A stretch of 64,000 nucleotides of DNA from Phallusia mammillata (taxonomy: Eukaryota), in the NCBI GenBank assembly GCA_965637545.1, contig OZ281497.1, positions 17,050,001-17,114,000 on the forward strand, read 5' to 3'. Below, in pieces: positions 23,401 to 35,400 of the stretch. Numbering within the stretch: the stretch's first letter is position 1; each line of letters starts with the position of its first letter. The notes under the pieces were generated by a model. That model ran no database searches. It had not been told where the DNA came from and saw nothing but the letters and a program-made list of their open reading frames with translations. Made by a program: the position numbers and the translations under genes.

Positions 23401-26400
23401 ATCCACCGTACACACCGGTTTATACACGTCGTTACAAGTAATACATTCACATACTGGGCCGCCGTTAATTACGACGCACGATTGGCCTTCACCACGGCAA
23501 CCACCTTGACTGGCGCATGGGTCTTCAGAATCACCTGTGCAAGTATGTTGTAAAAAATCGGATGAGCGGATCTTTTGTTTCCGAAATGTTTTTTTTACGT
23601 TTTCTATGCTCACCTCTATGAATCCATGGCGTGGCAGTGCGGGAGTTAAGAGTTTATTTTTTACGGTAAGGGGTGAAAAGTGTGAAACGATATCATTGCG
23701 GTAATGATATGGCATGGGGTGAATTTTGCACGGTAAACGCAGAAACAAACGTTACACAATACAACAAACATTTACACAGTTTTTGTTCCTGTACAAGCTG
23801 TATAAACAGCTTACTGCATAAAATAGAAGTTATCTCTGGCAAAATTGTATGTTACGTAAAATACATTCGAACACTGTCAGTTTCCTACAATACTCTACCT
23901 TGACAAACATCCTGGAACGTAAGCTGCGTTTCAGCGTTGCAGGCGAACTTGTGAGCTGCTTGCATGTTTACAAACGTGTGTGTTGCACCTGCCCCGTCCG
24001 TAGCCAGTTTACATGCGTGGGTGACTGGCAGATAGTCAGAGTTTCCAACACCGTTGCACGAACACATTGGCTGGAGTTCGGAGTTACCAATGGTGATCTC
24101 ACATCGCGCGCCGTGACTGCATTGCTCTAGCAGGCAAACATCTGCAAAATAGATGCACAAAAATTAATTCTGCTTGCTTCAGAAGTAGCACATTTGGCCA
24201 CGAAAACGCGTTTACAGGGCAAAACCATTTATCCAATGCAAACAAATACAGGCTTTGATCACACAGAAGAGGTATGAGATCAATACGAGGTGCCATTGAC
24301 AGTGTGCAATTACTGCCCAGAGTTCGAGAGGCAGAGCGACCTCCCACCGCAATTAATCGGTGCCAATAAAACCGCAAGCACACCACACTGAAGGTCCGAC
24401 AGCAACAATTACAAGATATCAAGTTGATACAATGTTGAGGCGCTCGCTTGGCCAATCAAAACTTGTCGAGTGCTTTCATGACATGAGGCAGCCAACGATC
24501 AAAGCGAACTATGCCACAATCGTGAGCGCTGCATTTGGAAAGATCATACAACTCTGGTCACGACCGCTAAAACAACGGGTTAAACTCTAAAGTAAACCGC
24601 GGTCAAAGGCCACATGGATAATGTGATATCGTATAGATAAGCATTATCGGTCGTAGTACCTTCGACGATGAAGTCGTCCATTGGTTCTCGATCCTCAACA
24701 AACGATACATTGCTGTTAAGGACGGCATTGATGATAGCTCCGTTGATTGGGTCGAAAAGTCGTTTGTATATCCAGGCTGTGTTCGAGTCCGGCGGGTCAT
24801 CGCTATTGATCACTAGGGATCGTGTGGACGCGTAAGCTCTGTAACAAAGAGTTTAATCGAGTTTGACATTGTTTTTTTTACAAAAAGGTTTGTTTCAAGA
24901 ATTTAAAATAAAATTTCGTTAATGTTTAATTATCTTACATGTAAAAAATGCAATCACATACAATTAAAGAGTGGAAAAACAAGTAACATACCACAAAAAA
25001 GTGCTATACTACAGCGCGATTATTAAAATTCGATTGATTAAAATGTTGGACTGTTCTAAAAAAGGCCAATATAAAAAAGTAAGGCTTTTTGGCGCTTCAA
25101 AAGTAAAAAAAATTAGAACATTTGTCATGAAAACATGGTTACATTTATGGGAGGAACCACAAGCAGTTGTAAACATCTGTAAAAAATTTTGTACTCACTT
25201 GAAGATCAATACAACACTACCGGGTCTGCTTCCCGTCACAGTAAATTCACCCAACGTCAAAGTCTCAGGCGAGTCGAAGTTTTTGTTTTGCAAATCCTAC
25301 GGTTGGAGGAAAATCCAGTTTTCAACACATATTAACTCCACAACACGATCAAATACAAACCCCATTGACGACAGCTTCCATGTCTTCAACAAACTTCTGG
25401 AATTGCTGAGTTTCCGGATCACAATCACCTGGACACTGGGAATCCGCTTTGATGCCGACAGACCCACGAACCGTTGTCATGACTACAAATTAATACGACA
25501 AAGTTAAACGTTTTTTTGGGATCGCGGCGAATCTGATTTGGCTGACTGGACAAAAATCTCACTTACGTTTTTTTAAAGGACATAAACCAGGTTGTAGGAC
25601 GGACAAACTTCGACCAGTTTTGCACGCGTGTCTGTGGAAAATCATGGTTTAAATACCAATGACCAACGTAGCCAGAGATTTAAGCGGCCCCTAACGTGAA
25701 CTATTTTAAAAAACAAAAACAAAACTTACATTTTAGTAGGTATAATTATAGCACAAATGAGACCAAGTGTGAAGTCGGGTTTCATCCGTTTTAGATCAAG
25801 AAATATATTTTGGCAAGTGTGCGTTTTTTGAGCTTAGTCAAGTTCCACTATTAACCAAATGTTTCCCCATGTATATATATCTAAGGAACACAATACACCA
25901 TACCTTCTAAGTGCACACTCCGAGGCATAGCTGTTCCCGTCATTCCCACAGACAAGTTGTCCGTCATCAGGGCACGGGAATGTGTCGCAACAAACAGGGG
26001 ATCCGTCTTCACCCAGCGAACAAATCCCAGGGCAAGTGTTTTCAAATTCCTGAGAAGTTCCGTTAAAAACTTCGCACGGATCTAAACGAGACAGTGAACC
26101 CGGTAAAAGATACATATGAAGGGGATTTACATATATTTGGCCTTTCAAATATACTGAAACGTAAACGACGCTTTAGCTTATTGGCACACTAAGAATGTAA
26201 CACAGAAAACTAATATGTTTTATCAGAGGAACAGAGGAAAGGTTTCTTGCGGTTTTGTATTTTTTCTTTCATCCCGCTTTTTATTTTGTTTTTAGACACT
26301 GATGATGCTTTTATAGCGAAATGCATTTGTTTTGATAAAACACATAAAATATAGCGACAGATTTAGTGGTTTTCACACTGAATTTTCTTGATGTTTTATC

Positions 26401-29400
26401 AGGTCAAACTAGTGGTTTACGACACGAAAAACAGGTAGGGGCAATATGACTTACTGCACGCCAGTGGTCGAACCACGGTAATCTCGCTTCCCTTCAGACA
26501 AGACGCTCTTCGCAAATCACACTCGGAACGGTAGGAAACCTGGTCGGATCCGCATAGTGGCGTTACCGGGACATCGTTGCACGTCGGACAGACACAAGAT
26601 GGCGTAAGAGTGCTGTCAGGCTGGATGCGAACGACGCACTCGGCCGAGTTTCCGCATTGAACATCAGAACACAGACCTTCGTTTACGACCGGAGCTGCTC
26701 AAACAAAAAAGAAAATGCTTGTTTGCGTGAGTCTTCACGTTGCGCAATAGCTATTCTAAAAATACTCAAAGTGGAATGCGTTGTGTAATGCTAGGAATGA
26801 AAATGTGGGCGATTCCAAGTTATGCCGTTTTAAAGATTAAGCCTGTTGCAGGGAGAAATTATCTTTGAACGAACAACGAAATAGTAAGATCAGGCGCTCA
26901 GTGCGTTCGCAACAGGACTTCTAATGTATACACAACAGTTGCGGCAAAATTAACTACATAGCAATTTCACACATCCCAGAGTCAAACCACTACTGCTAGA
27001 AAAACTTCACAGCATATCACATGCAATTGAAAAGTGATCTAAATATACTATAGTATGGGCAACAATAAGTCAGAAAAAGCTAGGTTTGTAAAGGAAATGA
27101 TTTGCGGCAATCTGTAAAAGCTTAAACTTCGACCGACAGCACAACAACACAGGCATTTAAACTAGAAAATGAAAACATAAAATCTTGGGTATGCAATAAA
27201 AGTTCAAATCTAGATATTAAAGTGATGAATCAAAATTGGGGCGTTGCGTAACAGATAAATGGTGACGTAATATGGATCAAATACAGTCCTACGTGAAACA
27301 TTTATCTACACGTGTTCACGCACTGACGCTAGACATCAATTTCAGTATGAAAGCAAACTAGAGTCCCAGTTTTCTACTACAGGGGCAACAACAAGCATCT
27401 CATATATCCCGGCTCAGAGGTAAGCAAACACAATAGCGCAGTGAACAGGGAATAGGGAAACTTGTTCCCCCTAATTCGCCGCTTAGCATCAGTAGCAGAG
27501 GGCGACCACAACAAAGAGACGCCGCAAACGATGTTTAGGGGCCAACACGGGGGAGTCGACTCGCGCGACTTATAGCAAAGGGAGAAGTGAAAGGGTTCCC
27601 CCTCGTGCAACCCAAAACCTTAGAGAGAAGGCGGGTTTTGGCAACAGGGTTTACACGTGGAGCTGGTGAAAGTACAAACAGGGGCAAGTGGCGTGCTCTG
27701 ACGATGATCTATGTTCTACGATGGGCGTCTTTCGACCGAAACCAACCTGAACGGGTCATTTTAGGCGCCGGATAACGCTGGGGCCTCTTGGGGAGACCGC
27801 AACTGCCAAGTGAACACGAGCGGTACTTTGCAACGGGTTAAGAAAACAAGTCCGCTGCAGCGATTGTGATCTATTAGGCGGAAACTGCAGTTGGGACGAA
27901 TTGCTCCAGTGCGGTAATGCGTTTTTTAAAAGTTCGAACGCGTTTTCATATCGTTAAATTCAGCGACTTTATTATAGATAAGACCATCATTAATTAAGTT
28001 TTGATTGTCACCACAATGAAGAGAATTGACTAAATGCGTCGTCACGTGAATTTACCGGCCAGGAAGTTTAGCCTGGTATTGAATTATTAAAATAACCGAA
28101 CCGACAGTGGTATTTAATAAAGTTCCGGTTATAAGCTTATCAAATATCACTTAAGACGTTCAATAGCGTTATGGCATGGTCAGTTTGACGGCGTAACTTT
28201 TCCGACCCCACAATCGATCGGGGTTAAAGGTCGACCTCGAGCTTACCGGGAGCATGTGTAGGCAACGCCAAAGCGAGCAACGCGTGAAACCCAAGTGAGC
28301 CGGCATCCGTTTTCCAATGCGCCGTAGCGTTTATCACAAGCTGATCGCGACACGCCTGTTAAAGGCAGTGGACTTGCCCTTTCAATAAGGCTTGGCGATC
28401 GCCTTACTGAGGCTGGGTAAAGGGGACTGGGCACAAATCCACTGTTTACCTTAACAAATCCCTACATCCTACCAGGTGGCGAGGCTGACATTGTGGCGGC
28501 GGGAACTTGAGTGAGCGTAAGGGGAATGGCCACTTAATGCAGACGGCGCGCTCTTTACAAGGAGTTCAATATGGTTGAACTGTGAAGAGGCCACTTTGGA
28601 CAAGACATCCCAATATAGGGGCTGGACATTGCTAAGTACTCTGAGCTGATTGGCGGTTACGGGAAAATCCATCAAAGGGCAATACCAGAAAGTGTATTGC
28701 GTGTTAATATGTACGCTGGGAGTATACGACTTGCTCCTAAAGAGCGATAAATACGTAGCCAAAAATTTGAAACTTTGACACAACACAACATAGGGCTTAC
28801 AGTTTACATGCGTTGCGGTGACTTGTTGAAACGTAAGCAATAATTTTCAAGGAGCGGTTTCTGTCCGAGAAAGTAATAGCGGTCAGTGATAGGGGCGTGA
28901 CCCGATCTCTGTCTCATCGTAATTAAAGTACACCTAAGCCTGAGTTTAACTACAATTAGATGTTTTCAGCGAATCGAGAGGTCGCGCCCGAATCACTGCC
29001 CGCTACTTTGTACATCCCTAAACGGCGGTTTAGTGGAGACTTAAGGGAAGTTTTTGACAGTTTCGCATGTACAGTTATACAGTAGTGTCTGTTTCGTTCT
29101 GAAAATCAGGCTAAAGAGTATATGTATGTCGGGGTGTTTTTAAGTAACCGTCAAGCTATTATTTACTCGAACCTAATAACTCAAACTTAAAACATGTATT
29201 TTAGGAGCAAGACTAATTAAACCATGGCAATCAGTCAAAAAAGGTCAACCAATCAAGCGCGACTTGCTTTACACGTGACCACTGACGTAATCCAGAGCGT
29301 GGGAAAGGTCATGCAAGCTTCCCGATGGTAACTACAGCTATCATCAATTATAATCGAATTTAGGCTTAAAACCGAAGTAGCAACGCCATATGCTTCTTGA

Positions 29401-32400
29401 TGTTCCTTGGGGTCTGTAGTGGTTTTATTGTTTGGATGGTGATTAGAGGTCGTTTGAAGTTTTATTGGATTTCAGCTAAATCCTATAAACGCACACTTGA
29501 TTTTATTTGCCCTCTAATTACACTGGTCAGATCCGATGGGCTTTGCCAAGGAATGTCAACAACAGGACATTTTTAAACAGTGTTTTAGTGGAAGAACACT
29601 TACTGTCAAGGTTTAATGGAAATATTTCGCATGGTGTTTGTTAAGTAAATGTTCTTCACCACTGCTATTTTAAGTCACATCAGCTCTCAGCAGCATATGA
29701 GTAACAGCCACTGACCCATATTTAACATAATTATCACAAAAATACGAAGCTACGTTCATTTAAATGCATTGGCAGAAACGCTCATTAAACACATAGGAAT
29801 TATTGGCAGGTGAACTCCCTTTACTGTTGCGCTTTTAAATCATGATCTTTCTCGTGAGTAATTGCCCAATTGCCCTTGGGAAAACGCCGGTTTTCATCTG
29901 CGACAGTTATTAAACGATAGCGAAATACCACATCACTGGTTATAGTGGTCCCAAGGTGCAAGTATAGGGTTTCCGCGCAAATTGGTTTGCAAATCTACTC
30001 AATTCGATAAACAAAGACCGCTATTGTATTAAATGTCCACTGGGACGCCTGTCATGGGTCGCCAAGTAAAATTGATTTGGTTAGAGTTGAAAAGAAAAGC
30101 TCTGACACAATGAGCCTAAAGGTCCACACTTAGTTGGGGATGTGAATATTTCGATTTCAAATTAAATATCTCAAAATTATTGTTCACCTTTTGTGGATCA
30201 AACAGTCGTATCTACTCTACCACACATAACACACCAACAACTACGTGTTGACACCAGCAACAAAAAAATGAAAAAGCAACCAAACTACTTAAGCAACAAC
30301 AGCACACAACTATTTGCTGCGAATTTCTGCAGATAAGTAGCAGCTCTGTGCCTACATAAAGCCATACCTAACACAATCACAAAACACCACTACAATGGCC
30401 GCTACATGGCCTGACATACCATCAACGTCAACGACAGGTAGTACAGTACGAGGTCTAGTTATGATGGTTGTTGTTGTTATTGCTGCAAACGAAATAATGA
30501 TAAATGAAACAGAAAGCTGAAAGCATGACATTTATGATGAATGGTAACGGAAAATGATCAGGGTTGTTAATGCAATTCAGGTAAACGACAGAACCAAAAT
30601 GTAAAATGAAACCTGAATTAAGAAAAATGTTCGCAACCATTACAAATTACAATAAAATGCTGTTTTCAATAGTACCGCTTCTACTTAAACGAGAAATTTC
30701 TTCCTATGTTGCTGACCTTGATGCTGCCCTTCCTAACTGTTTTATTTAGTCTTCACGCAGGTTCATTTCAAACGTGGGATTTGAAATTTGGGTGTAGACA
30801 AACAACATAAACTATATGTATATATTGTAGTTTAGACTTCCGTGTCGTATGGACAAATGACAACAGGGGTTCTAAGTCAGTTAAGTGCTTAAGGTGAATT
30901 AAAGCGAGTTATATATGTTATGATGAAAACCACGTAACTAGGCGGAATACTATTTTACATGTCAGTCTTTATTTCAACGACGCACCAAAACGCGTGTTTC
31001 AGTCAAATATGCGCTTGAAAAACTCGTCTAACGATTGTCCGTCCCAATAACGCCAACACAAAGGCCTCAGCAGGATCCTTTCAAAAGCGCCCGATCTTAC
31101 AGAGGCGGACAAAGGAGGTGGAACGCGCAATACATGGAAGCTTATCAGGGTTGTTACGTGTGAAAGTGGCCGCTGTGCGCAACACTACACCGACGTTTCT
31201 AAAGATCCCTGCATGTTACAGGAAATCACTGTGTTCAATACGAAGTGTAGAGTTGACGGGTAAACGCTCGGAACACGGAACTAGTTCAAGAGGTTGGTGT
31301 CGTGGACAAACACACTCAAGAACTCAGGTGCTTTTGAACTTGCCCGCTTGTCGCCTAACGTGCAGCAAACCATGAAGCATAAGGGTTACACGCGTGCGCT
31401 CCACTGCTTATGTGATTTTAGGAAAGCCCTTTTGTGGCAAGCTAGGCCGCAGTGGTTGTGTTGGAATACACAGATATGTTTGAATAGGCTGATTGTGCGC
31501 AAGTCACTGTAGCGAAGTTTAAGGTATTTAAGCTTATTAGGTAATACGCTAAATAGAATCTTCTTGTGGTAAAATCAAATCTCTCAAAGCTCTATAACAC
31601 GTCTACTGTCCAAGCAACAACATCCTTCAGACACTTTCTAATTGGTTAGCCTTGAATTACCGCCAAAAGATTGCTTAAGTAAAGTCATTGTTGGCCTTAC
31701 AATCAAGTTTAAAACGACCTAAAGAGTGCGCTGTGTTCTTTGAAACCAGCGTTGGGGACAAATAAAACACCAACGTTTTCTTACCGCAGGGTTTCTCCTC
31801 GGCGATGCGAATGCGCCGTTGGGCCATGCACTGTGCAGCCTTTAACCTGCATTCATTTGGATAGGTGATTCCGTCTGATCCACAAAGCGGCGCAAAGAGT
31901 TCATCCTCTTCTGTGCCCGATGAGCAGGAAAGATCAGGACATAAGCAAGTCGCATTTCCATCCTTAGCAACCTGACAGCTTGCACCGTACCCGCATAGCA
32001 CATTCATACATGGGTCTGTAAAAAAACACTGTATTAGTTGTGGCATGTACATGTTGGAATGTAAGGATTTTAACATGAATGGTTGCATTGGTTTTTATGG
32101 GAACGCAGCACACAATGGATAAACCGTGAGAAATATGTTGCGCATCTGAAGTGTTGGGGCTGCGGGCTGCTTACGCCTGATTTCCAAGCGTTGGATTCAA
32201 GAGTCAAGCGTGGGTAATTTCAAACCACAAATCCCGGTTTACTATGGGTTAGATATGTCGCAGCCAAAAAGCACAAGGACCCGGTTGTTCAGAGACCCAA
32301 GGTAAAATTTGATGCATTGGAAATAATAGCTAAACACTTGGGAGGCAAGAACGCCACAATCGGCCCATAACGGTATCTGGTATAAAATTTCATTGTTAAA

Positions 32401-35400
32401 GGGTACGGACATACCTGGCTTCTTTTTGGGAGGTTCAACGATGCTTTTGCCTGCAAAACAAAATGCAAAATGTTTAATGTTTAACGTGTTTAACGATAAT
32501 AAATAGGGCAAATTCATAAAGTTGGCACAAAGTTTTTTAAAGTTACTGGCACATAATCTTGTGTGTAGTTTTTAGCTAAGCCTTTTCAAAAATAGATAAG
32601 CGTTTGGACAAGACAGATCGGTGGGCGGTGACACAGCACAAGGCCGATCTGTCGGCAAACGCCTGCACGCACCTGCCCCAACCGCCACATGAAAACGGTA
32701 TGTCCACAAGACACGGGAGATCACAGGGTAAATGACGAGAAATGCCCGATCAAGGAGATCTGTCTGTTTGCTATGATGGAAGGGATGAACCGATTTCATG
32801 CAACGCTGACACATGCGTAACGTGACGTTAGAAATGCGTCAGGTAAAATCACTTAAACGCGATGCATGAAAGGTTTAAAATCTACCCAACTTGTGAGAGG
32901 AATTACCTATAACCCAGGGCGGTACCTTTATCGAAGCCGAATCGTAGTAACACTGAATTCAGTCACTAAACTCATCACTTGTCACTGAATAAACACACAA
33001 AAATGTGGAACAAACGTTTCGGACGATTAAGCAAAACAACGCATGGACGAAATACTACAATGAATCCTTTATTTCCGAGCAAATGGAAACAGACTGAGTA
33101 ACTTACAACGCCTTACGTGACATAAAGAGTCCAACTCACGTTCATGCTGGCAGAAGGAACGTGCCACATGAAATGCTACATGGTGATGGCGAAACGATAG
33201 TGATGGGGATATCTAAGGCGCCGTGTGTTTTCTTTTCACAAAGTATACAACTTCAGTATTTAGGAAATCATAATAGGAGCTAATTCCAAATTGAGCATAT
33301 AAAACACCGCGCGGCTGAAACCAAAGGTCAGCTCGGCACCCTTATTAGTCCTACAGCCAGTATATGGATGTTTGTGGTTTAAATTTATCTTTTGTACAAT
33401 TGCGGCAAGCGGCTCCCTAAAGTTGGTCCACAAAGTCAAGAGAATGTGCGCGGTGTGTTATGTGGTCTGACCGGGTGCACTTGAAAGCTTACCTTTATCG
33501 GTGCGAAGTAACATCGGGTTAGGTGCGAGCGATTATACACAGACGTGACCTGGCTGCGGCGATCGGGCTTATAAGACGAAACCCGAAGCCCGAGAAGCTA
33601 TAGCGAAATCCACGGCAAATAGCGAGATCGCGTGACCGATCTAAAACAACGGGACAGACGCCAAAGTCAATACCCGCTCGGCTAGCCAAGTGGCCGCTTT
33701 ATTTGCTAACGGATAGCAGGAGGACATTAAGGTAAATCACTTCCACGTCGCGAGTACTGCCACGCAAAAGGGGAGTGTACGATGTTGTTGATGGCGAGAT
33801 ACGGAAAAAAGCTTTCATCACGTGCTGACCGACGAACCGGAGGATCTGAGTTCGGTGTTAAAACTGCCACCGTTGATGTAAATCTAGAGTTAGAGAAAAG
33901 TGTTTGCGCGACAGCTTTGTACTGATTTTTTTTTGCCCAGCGTTGAGACAAACTGATTTTGCCTTGTCGGCGAAGTTCTTTTACTGCTTAAAAGTCTTGA
34001 AACGAAACTGACTGAAAATGCTTCAAGTTGACTTGGAGAGCCAATCGACAAACAAGCCCAAAATGCCAGAGATTCATCGGTTGAAAAGGCTTCAGGATAC
34101 GAGCATAAACTTCCCGATGCATCCAAAACGCAAACACGACTTGCAGCATTTAAACAACATCCGCTCGGATTATCCGACGGCATCCGCGTGCTGCGTGCAG
34201 TTGCCTAGCAACGTTGTTGTGGGGTAATCACCGCTCGTTCACAGTCGATGCTCAAACAAATTACCCGGCGACCCGTGCCCGGATTCGGCTTATTAGGAGC
34301 TCGAGCTGCAATCCTTAGGCTTCGCGGTTTGCAGCTCGACCTCCGGGGTTTATCGCGATAAAACAGGGGGACCGAATCGTAAGGCGACCACAGTTCAACC
34401 TGACTGAAGGCATTAGAGTTGAGGTTGATGTGAGGTCTTAACCAAATCTCCCCCGTCTTTTCGCTAGTATCTTAATTGGCGCGTATCCAACACCAAAAGC
34501 AATGTTAAGGCGCAAACTGCCTGATGGTATACGTAAAGATTTTACCTGACAGCTTTTAACAGTTGCCCGTACTTTTAACGGTATTTTCACAACAGACTAC
34601 AAAATAAAGTCATAAAACCGAAACTGATAAAGCCAAACCGTGTTTTGCAAGATACTAATCTGTACCTGCATTGACCTTGCCAATTTGGAGTTAAAATTCG
34701 CGGTGCGGAATCGACGCGTTTGCAAAATGTGTCGGTTTCGAATTTCAAACCCAAGTCAGGGTTCGACTCTCTCAAGTCTGACCCCGATGTTTGCAAGTTG
34801 TTCTTGGCTATTTGCGATCTTGCGCCCGCATCTACTTAGCGTAGGTAAACACGCGACCACACACAGTATGCTGGGTGCTCCGCGAAGGTGTTTAACAGAC
34901 CTGGACTTGTTCTCAATGTGTTGAAATCTCGGCACAAACAGAAAGCCTTATACAAAGATTGAACAGACAAAACCTCTTGTGGTAGTCCATCGGATTCGAA
35001 AAGTTTCTGTTGGGTCACTGTAGGACTGCTGTGTTGTTTACGTTTTCCGTTTTAAGTCGTGAAATGCCGTGGAAACAGGAAAGACGTTGACGTAGCATTG
35101 AGACCACCGCAGTCGGTGGGAGAAGGCCTTAAGGTCGGGCGGAAAAGTTCAGTGGCACGGATTTCTGATCGGCGAAGTCAGAAACGGCAGATGCGGCCAA
35201 ATTAGGCAGGCGCCTTGCTGCGAACCTACAGACTCTGCATCTTTAAACTTTCTAGCGGTTATTGCATTCCGAGCATTTTATTTCCCCTTCAGGCCAAGCA
35301 ATTGATAAACCTCAATGCCAATGCGCTTCGACACCAAACCACCACTCCCATTAGCGACACGCATGACCGAGCGAAGAGTCACGTGATTGGGGGCGATGGC

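Noticed and set aside
24971-25507. 178-aa plus-strand ORF
   Set aside because: Antisense to the extra SEA exons; no homology signal.
34700-34790. tRNA or SINE-like GGTTCGACTC hairpin
   Set aside because: No A box or cloverleaf could be built around it.
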